Assembly (NCBI GenBank): GCA_002269645.1
Contig: NIVC01000283.1
Span: 248,001-312,000 of the forward strand
DNA length: 64,000 nt
Origin: Macrostomum lignano
Lineage: Eukaryota
Direction: 5' to 3'
Position numbers and translations under genes: made by a program. The first letter of the stretch is position 1. Each line of letters begins with the position of its first letter. The notes beneath the pieces are model-generated. The model made no database searches, was not told where the DNA came from, and saw only the letters and a program-made list of their open reading frames with translations. Below are positions 21,358 through 34,820 of the stretch, piece by piece.

Positions 21358-24300
21358 AATCTACCAATCTCAAACCAGTAAATACACTAAAAAATCCATA
21401 ATACAAACTATAAAACCAGTGTGACTAAACCGCAGGTACACGCCCGATTCCAGAACCAACCATAATTCAATGCTAACCCTAACTCGACGATAATTATAAG
21501 TTAACACTAACCCTAGCTTTATCCGAACCCTAATTCTCGTTTTTCCACTAACACCGAAATGACCAAGCTAACTGGCACAAGAAACGCGAAATACTGCAGT
21601 CAATATAAACGTACGAAAGCGCGGTCTGACCATAGACTATTAAATGGATGCATTATTGAATTGATAGTTTGCCTCTGCTTGGTGCGCATTTTTAAATCAG
21701 TTAATGTGGTTTACCTATGCGCGACTATTTCTGCATCAGAGAGCAGTTGACAGAAAGTGGCATAAAAAAGCGTATTGGCTGCGGGGCTAAGGCTCAAAAA
21801 CTATTAACTTTTTCTAGACTGTGTTTAACAGACTGTAGCCCCAGAGTGCCCAAAAGACTACTACGCCATCTGGGTCTTTGTCAATTCATAGAGTTATATG
21901 GTGAAGCGCCTTTGCAAGTGTTTTTACTTGTGTGCGAACAAACAATTCACCATTAAAATGCGGAGCTTGCTAAAACTATACACTATGACTGCGGGTCAAG
22001 CTGAGTTTGTTTAAGAAATTATCAAAATGCGATGGGCTTTTTATTCACGGCGCAGAGAGCCGCAAGGCCAATGTCCTACTTTCGAGCATCATTTGGCAAT
22101 GCACACCCAGCATGTTGACAAAGTAGCCAAACTTTAAATTTTGATTTGAATTTTCTAACCCGCCGAGTCATTCTAGCCAAAAGCTAGCCAAGAATGGTGC
22201 CATCCTGTAGTTTATCCCTATAACTGGGATGTGGGAAGCCCTGCTACAACTTGGACTTCAAGACAAGGTGGAATTGGACAATAAAAACTGGAAAGCAGTA
22301 AAGTAGAAGACGAAGGCTATGGCAATAGAAAAAATAAATTAGCATTGGCTGCAGAATCTGCAGAGCCCAACTTGCCAGCCTCTCGTATGGCAGCAGCAGT
22401 TGCGGCAGCAGCAAATACTGTAGCTGCAGGAACTGCAGCAACTGCTGCTACGCCTTTGAGAACCACACAGCCATGGACGCCAAGGATTCAATCCAACTCA
22501 GCATTGCTGGCGTCAACGACAAGTTCCGGCCAATCTAAGTCTGTGTCTGGCCCTGCACGGTCTCCGCTGGACCCCACAAGGGCAGGCCGACCATGCGCCG
22601 AAGAGTGTTATTTTCTAATTGGTGAATAGCTGCATGGCATTTTTCACTTTGATATTCTAATCAGCCCGCATTGTAATGCCTCAGGCAGCAGCAAGCATTA
22701 CAATTCTAAGGCCACCCTGGGTGACACAATGATAATGCTTCATTAGCAGTATGCTGATGTGAGTCAAGAGTGTGCCGAAATGCATAACATTTTGCTGAAA
22801 ATGCAATGTTGCTTGAGCTGCACAAGTTTCAAAGCAACTTTTGGTAGCTTGACCAGGCAGTGCCATTATTTTCTCTTGCACGCCGCACTTAACAGCCTTG
22901 ACAATCACGACCTACTTGTCATATTGTTTACTTATGCAAGTGCCTCACATGGCCACTTTGCAAATGTAGTCGACCTTGTTATCCAATATGCAGACGCTGG
23001 AAGTAACGCCAATATTTTTGGTGCCAACACCATCCCCAGCGCGGTTCCATATCAATAGACGAAGGCAAATGTTTTAGATTTATGAACCACACCTGAAAGC
23101 CAGCCATGTGCACCAAGGACTTCAGGTGAGTGTCATTTTGACTTTTAGGGTGGTTTTAGATTAGTAAATTTAGGAGAATGTAGTCCAAAAAGTTAAGTGT
23201 ACAATGCAGTTGAGATAATTAGTGCCAGCCAGCAAGCAGATTGGTGCCAACCGCCAAGCAGATCAAGCAGATTAACACATTCTCACTGCCACAGTGTGTA
23301 GTCACAGTTCAGACTCTACAGTTCATAGTTCAGTAGAGTCAAGTTCAATAGAGCAAGTACAGTGAAGTGAACTTAGGAGAGTCAAGTTTTGTAAAGTCAA
23401 ATAAAGTTTTGGCCCTGGGACAGCTTGGGCCTGGGAATGCTCAGCCCTAGGAACACTTGCCTAGGAATTATTTGCAAACGCATTTCAAGATGTTGGCATT
23501 TATTGGTATTATTAACTATGCATTTTTTAGATCCCGATATTGGAAGCTTATATTATTGTTCACATTTTCACATTGTTCTACTAGCTGAATCAGCCTGTGG
23601 ATAACAGTATGTCAAGCAACGAGGTCGAAACTTCGTCACTTCCCAGAAACTCTGAATTAGCCACCTGGGCCGCCACAATGGTTGCCACCCTAGTCGCCAC
23701 AACAGTTGCCACGCAGGTTGTTTTGATGCCACTGTCTGTGCCACCCCTTGACAGTTTTATAGTTCCTAAATTCCCTGTTGACAGTCAAATGCAGGTAAAT
23801 GCATTGTTCACTTTAAAGAACATATGTATGTGGAGTACCCATAAACTGCATACCTTATCTTCTTCTCTTCTGAACCTACACAAGTCTTACATTGTGACAT
23901 TATGTAGTATTGTCAACTTATTGTTTTTGACTCAAAGATGTGCACTCCACTGCTATAAACTATAAAGTAAACTTTGAAATGAACTTTAAAATAAACTTTT
24001 ACTTGAAATTTTATTTCACCAAAACTTTAGAGTTTGAGCGTGGCCCAACTTTTAGCAGCAGAAATTGACAAATGTGGCTGTGTTTGGATTCAGTGCCTGT
24101 TGCCACACCATGCTCCTTTGTTGTTGCAGGCAGCCAATAAAGTGATATACGAAACAGCGGCGGACTATCATGAGGCACCAGTGTCGTAGCTTGCTTTAGG
24201 CAATGCAGGCTCATCGGAGGTGGCCAATAAAACTGGGCATGAAACTGCAGACCACCTAGAGGCACCAGCATTGTTGTCGCAGCCAGCCAATAAAGCAACA

Positions 24301-24668
24301 GATGAAGCAGCAGCAGACCACTCTGAGGCACCTGTGTCGCAGCTTGCTTCAGCCAATGTGGGCTTATCGAAGACAGCCAAAAAAGCTTGGCATGAAGCCG
24401 CGGACTGCCGAAAGACACTAGCATTGCTGGCGCAGCAGCTTGCTTTAGCTGACGGGAGCCCCTCAAAGAAAAACATCTCACACAGGGGTCAAAAGCCATC
24501 CCCTCCCCCAAGCATTACTTAAACCAAAACATTGGCAAAGACCCAAAGTCTGATCTAGAAATAGCTGATAAAGCAAAGGACAAAGCATTGCCAAACAGCA
24601 GATACCAGGAGCCCCTAGTGCTTTCACACACTTATTAACCAATATATTGTTGTTATTTTGATCAATTT

Positions 24669-24963
24669 GCACCAGATTTGGCCCCCAGTGACTATCACTT
24701 CTTTGGACCCCTGAAAAAATTGCTTCGTGGTCACCATTTTACCAGCTTGACTGACATGAAGCATGCACTAAAAAGGTGGCTCCAGGTGATACCAAGAACC
24801 TCCTTTGACAACAGCCTTTGCAAGTTCTTGCAATGCTAGAAATGTCAACCTGAAGGGAACAGTTTTGAGAAGAGAACATTGAGAAGTGTGACAGTTTTGA
24901 TGACTAAGTGATTGCGTTGATACACTAGGGCAAAAAGTCTTGAATTTTTGGAACATCTTTCAT
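24669..24963 (+). pseudogene. mariner transposase C-terminal fragment with degenerate TIR
   Basis: APDLAPSDYHFFGPLKKLLRGHHFTSLTDMKHALKRWL matches the mariner YSPDLAPSDY motif. TIR-like ...GAACATCTTTCATA end. Confidence 0.8.
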
Positions 24964-25819
24964 ACAAAGGAGAAAATTTGTTGAGATTTGACTATATAAT
25001 TTTCTAGCTTACTTTGTGTAAACTCAATGTTAGCACCAATTCAAATTGACTAAACTACCCAACTACTAAAAAATTTCTTTCTCCACCACAACCTCATTTT
25101 ATCAATATTTTTCAAATGGAAAATTATAGATTTTTTTATATTTTTTTGAAAAAAATTGAGATAAGCAAACTTCTTTGATAGGATTTATTCTAATGCATGG
25201 CTCAATTAAACTTTTTAGAAAGGATTTGTTTCAGTGTAGCCACACTCATGAAAGTGTACATTATATATATGGTAAAAAAATTCCAGCACATATTAACAAA
25301 AAACTGCACAGTGGCACATATACTATAGTCTGGATCATGGCAGGCATATGCCAAAAAAATTTGTTTTTATGCCAACGTTAAATTTAAAAAAATTATGCTA
25401 AGTCTAGAGTTCTTTTTATGCCAATTTTTAGAGAATATATATTGTTAGAAATAAATGACTTATACTAAACTTTAGAATGGCTGTTTTTTCTAGAAGCTAA
25501 TATTCTTTGTTTTAATTTTATTTTTTCTTATTAATTGCATTAATAATTTTTATTTTAGTCTCTTAATATTTTTAAGAGTTTTTTTGGTTGATTTTACCTA
25601 TATGATTTCATTTGCCTTGAACTTAGCATTTTAGTATGCCGACTGTATACTTTTATATTGAACCTGAAAATTCTATATGTCAAGTGTTACGCCAAGATTG
25701 TTAGCAAGAGTGAAAAAATGCCAGAAAATTTTGGCATAATGGCTACCTTCTAGACTATGGCGCACATGGAACACCACAAAGGCTTAGCAGAAATTTTTAG
25801 CAGATAATGGCATATGGAA

Positions 25820-26582
25820 AAAGTTGATCAGAAAAAATTAGCTTATAATTGGTCATCTAAAATGTATAATCTGCATATACAGTACATTAAATATGCTTTT
25901 AGATTTTATTTTTTCCAAGCATATTAAATAAAAATTTGTTTCTTAATCTTGGTAAGTAAAATGAATAATAAAATTCAAAAGGGAACTGATCAGAAAGGCA
26001 ACAGATCAAAAGGGCAACAGTCAAAAGGGCAACAGTTAAAGAGGCGACAGTCAAAAGGATGACAGCATAATAACAATTACAAGTTCACAAGTATAGTGGT
26101 ATTAGATTTAAATGGCCAAAGTATACATCTGTTGTTGAAATTAGTTTGTTAAAATGTACAAGTGGTTAAAATAAACTGGCTTACACTATTGGGATCACCT
26201 GTGTTTTTAAAATAAAGTGGGTCTATACCGGCAAAAAACTCATTGTTAATCGGACTAAATACATGTATTGGTGTACTAATACATATACACTTGGCTATAT
26301 AAAATCACATAGAAAAACTGTATAACAATTAGTAATATGAGTATATTCCACACATACCCATTTTTACATGTGAAAATTAATAGGTTCTCTATCCACACTC
26401 TAATTGTATTACACCTCTGTCAGTTTGAGCTAAACGCAAAAACAAACAAAATGTGTTCAATAAAGAACAAATCTTACCCCTCTTTATCTTATATGACATA
26501 CTAACCAATACTAGTACTCTCCTAAAAGAAATATCGGCAATCCTACACTTCCATTCGGTAAATTATTTTCACATTTGAATTC
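25820..26582. repeat. Left arm of a patchy long inverted repeat (partner 34526-34820)
   Basis: Three blocks occur in mirror order on the right arm: AAAAAATTAGCTT, (CAAAAGGGCAACAGT)n and ATCGGCAATCCT...TTATTTTCACATTTGAAT. Confidence 0.6.
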
Positions 26583-26910
26583 GTACCACCAAGTCAAATG
26601 ACGTCGATTGGCAATGTGTCTATGGCCAAAAGTTTGAGCGAACAGAGTTTAAAGGGGTGCAAACTATTCTAAACTAAACTATAGTCTAAACCATAGACTA
26701 TTTGGCTTCTGACTGAGCCATAGATATTTTTTCCGGTCGGAAGCACACTGGTCCCTGTACAAGAGGAATAGGCAACACGAACAGTATAAGAAACGTTCTT
26801 TTTCCTAGCCCCAGTCAATTCAAACAGAGAAGCTGATCCATCTCTTTACTTGTTTAGCTTTTTGACAGTTAGTTTTATTGAGCTTCTCGTATCTTCCTGT
26901 CTTCATTGCC

Positions 26911-27858
26911 ATGGCTGGGCGACCTGCAGCACCCGGGTTCATCATCCCGTTAAACGAGGTTCGAAACACCGCCGAGCTACTCAATCTCAACATGTCGCTA
27001 CGGGATCTGCACATCGTCACCCAGGACACGCTGTCTGCAATGCAGTGGTTGGCGAAGTACCATCTGCTTGGCAACACTCGCAACTGTCCATGTGGAACAA
27101 ACATGAGGCTGCAGCAGCGCCAGGGAGAACGCTACATTGACAGATACGCGTGGGACTGTCGAGCGTGCCATGCCCAAGTGAACATCTGCAAGGGCTCCTT
27201 CTTTGAGGGTTCGCACTTGAAGTTGGTCCAGATTGTCGACCTGACGTACTGGTGGTCCCTGGAGACTAAGTCGGCAGAGGCAATGAGCCAGTGTGGCATT
27301 GGCAGTTGGAGTACAATCGTGGACTAGAACCAGTTCCTGAGGGATATATGCCAACAATTCCTCATCGACCACCCACTCAAACTCGGTGGCCCTGGCAAGG
27401 AGGTGGAGATCGATGAGTTGAAGTTTATGCATCGTAAGTACTATCAGGGGGCCTGGCGTGAGGGTCACTGGGTCCTGGGTATGGTCGAGCGTGGCTCTAA
27501 CAAGTGCATGATGACAGTCATTCCGGATCACTCTGCCGCCACCTTGGTACCAATCATCCAACGGTTTGTACTACCGGGTACGTGCATCATCACCAATGGA
27601 TGGTTGGCGTACGCTGGTCTACCCAACCACGTCTCGGTGAACCATCAGCTGCACTTCGTAGATCCGGCGGACCCAACAGTCCACACCAACACCGTGGAGG
27701 GCACATGGGCCCACGCGAAGCGCAAGATCCGCAACATGCATGGCACAAGCGACGCTCTCTTCGACGCACACATTGAGGAATTTCTCTGGCGTCGTCTGTA
27801 TCCCCAATGTCCATTTGGGGCTATCCTGTACTGGATTGGACATTACTATCCACTGTAG
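26911..27858 (+). pseudogene. Merlin (IS1016/ISXO2-like DDE) transposase with one in-frame stop (TAG 27325-27327, likely from TGG)
   Basis: Zn-ribbon CPCG...WDCRAC; GSFFEGSHL; GGPGKEVEIDELKF.HRKY; WVLGMVERG; IITNGWLAY; VNHQLHFVDP..VHTNTVEGTW. The two ORF parts are in frame. Confidence 0.9.
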
Positions 27859-29384
27859 GCACCTTAATGACCTGCAGACACACTCTAAGTGACTATGCGC
27901 TCTAATAGACTGCTACCATGTTCCACTGTTTCAGTTTTGTTTGGTTACATTGTTATTTAACCAGGGTTTTTTTTGTGCGCAGAGTGTGCGTATGCACCCT
28001 AAATTTTAAAATCGCACCCTGAAATTAAAAAAGTAGGTGCGGTTTAGGTGCTGTCTGTAAGATATTATAATATATGAAAAGTTATATAAAAATCATTTGA
28101 TCTTTGATCACATTAAATTTGGCCTTTTTAATCAATGATAAATGATGATAATTTTAATTTATCTAGTATATTAGTATAAACTTCAACTTTTTTATTTTGA
28201 CATCTTCACTCTTGACTCTTCGGAGTCTTCACTCTTGCTTAGAATGTTAAGTATGAGTTAAGCGGTAGCCTTGTGTTTATTTAGTTGTACTTGTATATAT
28301 AATCTATAGATATAATACAAATGCAAATTATAAGAATCTAAAGGTCTATCTAATCATAAGCTCTACTAAAGTAAAGTATTAAATTCAAGTTCATAAATTT
28401 ATCATATTCATAATCTAATAGCCTAAGGCTTATATATACAATTAAATCATAGTCATAGACTCATAGATAATCAATAGGCCTAGAATAGATATATAAAATC
28501 AATAGATATAGACTATCTATAAGGACTAATGCCAATTTCTATTGTTTGTGTAGTAGGTAGTTATAAGTTAAAGTTATCAATGATAAATTATAAGTCAAAA
28601 AGGCTGTTAGAGTCTAGATAACATAATCAGTGACAGTGAGGCGAGTGAGCTTCTATTGCAAAAATGTTTGAGTAGGCAATAGGGCCAAATTACATTTACT
28701 TTATTTTTTTTTTATTTTTAGTATAAGTAATTATTTACAATTATTATATAAAATTATTGTAAAATAATTGTAACAGTAAAATTAAAAAATTATATTTAAA
28801 TTACTATTTAACTGTACTATATTATGTCTATGCTAGGTCTATGTATGTACAATAATATTATAATACTAATAGTATACATACATACTAATATTTATACTAA
28901 TATTATTATATATTATATACTTTGAGTATGTATATAGTATAGTTATGGGCTATGGCTTATAGTAAATTAAAGTAGACTTGGACAAAAAAGTATTAGTATT
29001 TTTAGTATATTTTAATATAATAATAATAATATAACAAATCAACTACAAACTAATCTATCTTATATTGTTATAATCTAAAAACCTTTTATTAAACTAGACA
29101 TAGAATGTCTTTATGTATTAATAATAATGTCTTTAATTGTTTTAATGCCAGATTTGATATACATATAGCCTTGTTTAGTCTATAATACTTTTATTTTTAA
29201 TATATAATATATACCCAATACATATGTTTATTTAAATGCAAACAAAAACAATAATACAAAAGCTAAATTAGTATTCAGCAAAAGCAATTGTTAATTTGCT
29301 AAAGTTATAACTATAAATCATTAAAATGTACTATATTATAACATTTCAATGACCAGTCTCAATTTATTTTATTAATAAAATCAA

Positions 29385-32300
29385 ATGAATCCACCAAAGC
29401 CAAAGCAGCCTCGTAATAGCTGTATAACAGCATGGCTCTTACCAGCACCAGCCCAGGGGCCCAAGGCTACTGCTGGTCCTGCCCAGGCCACTGCTACATG
29501 CACTGCGTCTGCGTCTACTGCTCCTGCTGCCCAGGCCACTGCATGCACTGCGTCTGCATCTGCATCTGCTGCCCAGGCCACTGCATGCACTGCGTCTGCA
29601 TCTGCATCTGCTGCCCAGGCCACTGCATGCACTGCGTCTGCGTCTGCATCTGCTGCCCAGGCCACTGCATGCACTGCGTCTGCGTCTGCATCTGCTGCCC
29701 AGGCCACTGCATGCACTGCGTCTGCATCTGCATCTGCTGCCCAGGCCACTGCATGCACTGCGTCTGCATCTGCATCTGCTGCCCAGGCCACTGCATGCAC
29801 TGCGTCTGCATCTGCATCTGCTGCCCAGGCTACTGCATGCACTGCGTCTGCGTCTACTGCTCCTGCCCAGGCCACTGCATGCACTGCGTCTGCATCTGCA
29901 TCTGCTGCCCAGGCCACTGCATGCACTGCGTCTGCGTCTGCTGTTCCTGCCGAGGATCATTCAGTTTCAAAAGCTGGAAAAAGCTTTACAAAGTTTCAAA
30001 GCCGCTATTTGTTGATGTTTAACTGGCTCGAGTATGATGGGAAGGCAGACAAGGCTATTTGCCGCCTATGCAGAGCCTTTTCACCAGCAACGGAGCAAAT
30101 TTTTACGCCCGGAAAGGATGGGTGGCGCTTGCATGTGCTGAAAAGGCATGTTAAATGCCAGACACATCAGGCTGCACTCGCTGTACCCAAGTCGCAAGCC
30201 AACTGGAAGAGTGCAGTCGAGGAGAACGTCCGCCGCGCTCGGCCTGAAGTGAAGTGTAAGTCAGTGGATTTTCTGCCATTCCTATTGTTGAGACTTCTAT
30301 TTTTAGATGTATATTTAATATTAAAAATATTAATGTACATACATATATGTGTATCTCTCTCTACCCTACCCCACCCTTATTAAAACCAGGCCAGGTGATG
30401 AACATCTTGTTCTGCCTCCAGAAGGAGCGGCCAATTTCATTCGCATCAGAGTTGCATACTCTGGTAAGAACGCAGCTTGAGCAACTCACACGGCAGCCCG
30501 AATCACAGCCGAATCAGGCTGTGCCTGGCAGCGAGTCTGCAGCACCGGTTCAACCTGGCACTGACAGTGACACGGTTGACACCCCAGCCCCAGGTCATCA
30601 TTCTGCACAAAGAAGCAACCCCTGCAACTTCATAATGTCAGCTCATCACTGCTCGAATTATGCAACATACCAGTCCTGATTGCAGCGCATGGGCATTTTG
30701 GCGGACGGCGTCCGGCGCGGCGCATACGGTGCGCAGCGATTAGTACGGCGCGGCGCGGAACTAATTAGATGCCGAGGCTTTTAAGCTTGATAAGACAGTC
30801 ATAGTTACTCCTGCCGTTTACCCAAAACTGCGTTAATTTTGCTTTAGGGTTTCTTTCACAGGTAAGTCATTTCACAGCGTGGCGCAGGTTGTGTAGGCGT
30901 CTGGCGTACTTAAGCCATGCGCTGCAATAGGGATACCAGTTTGCTGCAGCTATGGACAGCTGGGTGAAGCAGGATGATGTCAAAACACTCCAGAAGGCTC
31001 CCTGTTTCAGTTTGCAGGTAAGTACTTAGTACCGGTATTGATACTGATTGAATTAGGATTGACTATTGATTACTAAATATAGGATTGTCTTATATGTTCC
31101 TAATCCTAACCCTCAGGTTGATGAGGTCACTGACCGTTCGATGGAAAAGTCACTCCTCATTATGGTCAACGTTGCCGATGTGAGCCAGGCTGGTGCAACT
31201 CAGCCTCTAAAAACGCTTCACTGGAAGCTGTGCGCTCTGGAGCGTGGAACGGCCAATGACATAACGGAAGCAATTCAGCGTAGCTTCTCCAGTCGATGTG
31301 TGAGCCTCAGAAAGTGCATACTTTTTGTGTCCGATGGTGCTGCTGTGATGTTGGGTCGCCATAACGGAGTAGCACGTCAGCTACAACGAGCCAGCTGCCC
31401 AATGCTGACGGAGTTGCACTGCGCAGCGCATCGGCACAACCTATGCGTCCGTGACGCGTACGAGGCCTGTCAGGTTATAAGCACGGTTGATGACCAGCTG
31501 CACGGCCTTATCGCCTATCTGAGGACATCGAAAAATTTGAAGCTGCTAAAAAGACTCGGCCAAATTCTTCAGGAAGTAAGTCTTGGTTAAGATACAACCT
31601 CATTCAATGCGAATCCAGAGAAAAATATCAATTCCGACGGCATCACATATTCCAATTACAGACATACACATCCATTCGATCCCTAATTATTTCTATGCAA
31701 AACTTTGAGAAAGTTACACAATCAATGGTTGTACAAAACCTCCAACTAAGTCAAGCCTAATTGCCCTAATGTCAAGCATTACTCACATGATGCCTCACTC
31801 TACCTGCAGGATGTTGTGCGCCCTGAGCGTTTTATCGACGTCAGGTGGCTTGGGCGCCACACAGCAATCAGTTGTATTTTTCGCTTGTTGTCTGTTATAA
31901 TGACTCTGCTCGAGTCAAATGCCACTTCGGATGTAGACAGCGGCGGTGCTAAAGCTGTTGCTCAAGGCCACCTGAAGACGGTCTGCAGCACAGGCTTTCT
32001 ACTGACGCTGGCAGTTATGCATGACGTGCTGGGCATCATGGCGCACCTGAACAAGGCTTTCCAGCAGTACGTTTGTATTTAATCCTGGTTCTTGTGCCAC
32101 TTCCCACACCTAGCTCGTATAATAATGTTGTATCATTACTTCGTCTTTAACCTCCTAGCAGCATCCTTACTTTCTCCCTTACATCCTCGACCTCACCTGA
32201 TCAGGCACGGCTTGCATCCATTCGACCTGAGAAGCCGTGTCAAAGCCGCCCAAATTGAGCTGCAGTCCGTACTGCTGGACGACCGTGGGAAGCTTCGCAG

Positions 32301-33258
32301 AACTCCGTCCATGGAGCAATTGCAGGAACTCCTGGACCTGAACTTAGAACTGGAACCATCGGATGTACCTGCTACTGACCAAATTGGTTCCAACCGACTG
32401 AACCGAGTTTCTGCGCGAACACGAGCCGAAATTGCAGCAGCTTGCTCAACTTCAGTGTTGATAACCCCTATCGCTGACCAGCTGACTAACTTCGTGCATC
32501 AGTTAATTAAGAATTTGGCCGACCGGTTCCCTGATGTAAAACGATCAGAGCTAGAAATTCTACCTGAGGCAGAGCCAGGCTTTGGAGTGCACGCAATGGA
32601 CACGGAGCCCGCGGATTCAGACAGCTACAATACTCTGCCAGCTGTTGATGAGGACGTAGAGTCCGAAACAGACGACTTGCTGACTTATTTACGCATCTTC
32701 GATCCTGCAGAAATGCCGGTCTCGGGCCAAGGTGAAGCCTTTGCCAAGTATGGCCATAGGAGCATCAAATGGCTTGGTCGTTTTTACCATGAAATTCTGG
32801 TTTCGGCTGCTGATCGCGAGCAGGACTTCGATACAGACGAACTCGAGGAACAGCTGACATCGGAGTGGCGCAGTTTCTGCTTCAGTGTGCTATACTTCCG
32901 CAATAGCGAAACCTCTGACTGGCGTACTTTCCTGCTCGTGGCTGCACGAAATTCTGCGGAGTGGCCACTCCTATCGTGTTTAACGAAAATTTTTCTAACT
33001 TTTACTGCGGAAAACGCCACTGTCGAGCGAGGCTTCTCGCTTCTCGCAAGGCTAAAGTCCCCTCAGCGCAATCGATTAAAAGTGGAAACAATTGACATGC
33101 TGATGCGTCTGCGACTAAATGCTCCGCCCTACAAGAGTTTCCCGTATGATCAAGCCTTTGCATTGTGGGAGCACAGTGCCCAACGAAAGCGCTACCAGCT
33201 GTCGGAACTTGATGTCAACGAGTTTGTCAATGCCATGGCCCATGACATGAATGAATAA
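29385..33258 (+). pseudogene. Spliced hAT transposase (TTF-type Zn finger, DDE core, hATC dimerisation domain)
   Basis: FNWLEYD..AICRLC..LKRHVKCQTH; FSLQ|VDEVTD; FVSDGAAVMLG; LHCAAHRHNL; DVRWL; ENATVERGFS..LKSPQRNRL. Several GT-AG introns. Apparent in-frame TAG near 30927. Confidence 0.85.
29481..29946 (+). repeat. 42-bp minisatellite (~11 copies) in frame in the transposase N-terminus (AQATACTASASASA)n
   Basis: Unit GCCCAGGCCACTGCATGCACTGCGTCTGCATCTGCATCTGCT. Confidence 0.95.
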
Positions 33259-34525
33259 GCATTTAACTCAGGCTCAATGAGCATTTTACTCAATTAGCTT
33301 GCTGGGGAGATTGCTAAGATGTTAAGGCTTGTGGGGAATCGCGTAGATGTCAAGGATTGCTATGGTTATTGATGAGATATGTCAAGGTTTTCGGGGAAAA
33401 TTGCATCGGAGTCAAGGCAAATAGGATTTACGTAAATAATTTTGTCCCTTACTTATTGGGCGCACCGAAGTGGGCACTAGATTGCTAGTATCTCCCTAAT
33501 TGTCTACGCAGTGAGTCAGTGACTCTGCTCAATGATCATGTATTCCTTGAAAAGTAGTCTTTTTGCTTCGATTTCTTCGATTATCTTCAGGAGTTCTAAC
33601 TCCAACTCGAGGTTTGCAAATTAAAGCATCATCCATCTCTTGAATGCTTTGACTTTTTACCTTTAACTTTCATTTTTAGTCTAGTTGTCACAGTGTTAGT
33701 AGTTGGATTGGAACTATCTATCATCCATGACTACATATTTACTCTATAGCTAGCTAGAGTTTTGCTGCGTACATAATTTACTAGCGCCTTAAACCGCATA
33801 GATGTATAGTAGAATTTTTATTAAATTCAACATCCATTAGGTAAATAAAAAGGCAGAATAGCAGGAAAAATATCGACTGTTAAAATTGTTAGATGGTAAA
33901 TTCTACATTTTTTATTTCTTTTCCTTTGCAAATGTAGCTGGAAAACATTCTTTTAATGCGAAAGAGTATATTCTCAATAGTGCACTGTGCAACACAGCAT
34001 TGCGTGTAAAATGTAACAGTAGATCTGCCACTCAATCAGCTTGAGCTGTGTCAATCCAATTGATAATGATATGCTGTTTATCTATGCTATGCTGAATCCA
34101 ATTCTGGTCCCACCAGGCCCACTTCCATGTTATCCAAGAGGAATGGATGTAGGTAAGCCAGCCTATTGAAGCCTGTCTCCAGAACTCTTGAACACGAAGC
34201 TTTCCAAGCTGAAGGCTTATTCTGAAATGAAAAAATGGGAGAATTGATACAAAGTAGCAACTTCTTTGTTATAGTATTTTTCATCATGTTACTATTTATC
34301 AAAGCAGCGATCTGAAGACGAGATAACAGACAAGAGGTCAAGGCATTCTTTGTACAAAGATGTATAGACATAAGACATGTCTATACATTCCCAGTTGTCT
34401 GAAACAAGTCTCAAGAGAAATTGCACTCTGAGCCTTAAAATCGCACCTTGAAATTTGGCACAAGGTGCGATTTCGCACCTTGTCTCTGGCGAAAAAAAAA
34501 CCCAGTATTTAACATGCCTGTTCAA

Positions 34526-34820
34526 AATTCAAATGTGAAAATAATTTACCGAACGGAAGTAAGATTGCCGAAATATCAAATGCAAAGTCCAATTATTGAA
34601 TTATTCTTTAGCCATGTCTATTTATTTTTGCAAAGTAAATTGGACTGAATTCACTGTAACCCAATACACATTAAAAATGAGTAAGCAAATTACCTGCAAT
34701 AGAAAGACTATTGCCCTTTTGACTATCACCTTTTTGATTGTCGCCCTTTTGACCTAGGCTATAACTATTTAAAATAGCATTTTACCAAAAGTTAAAGCTA
34801 ATTTTTTGACAATTTTCTAT
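34526..34820. repeat. Right arm of the patchy long inverted repeat (partner 25820-26582)
   Basis: ATTCAAATGTGAAAATAATTTACCGAA..GATTGCCG; (GACTATTGCCCTTTT)-type repeats; AAGCTAATTTTTT. Confidence 0.6.

Larger units (their letters stand above)
27962..34505 (+). mobile_element. Full-length hAT DNA transposon (ZNF862-like transposase), 6544 bp
   Basis: TIR CAGGGTTTTTTTT vs AAAAAAAAACCCAG (one mismatch). Perfect 8-bp TSD TATTTAAC (27954-27961, 34506-34513). GCACC/GGTGC subterminal repeats. Confidence 0.93.

Noticed and set aside
26771-26790. GGCAACACGAAC as the Merlin left TIR
   Set aside because: No matching right TIR or 8-9-bp TSD, even after removing the hAT insertion.
29381-30022. Metallothionein-like (CPGHCMHCVCICIC)n and other alternative frames
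   Set aside because: These are shifted frames of the 42-bp repeat. Only the 29385 frame continues into recognisable transposase.
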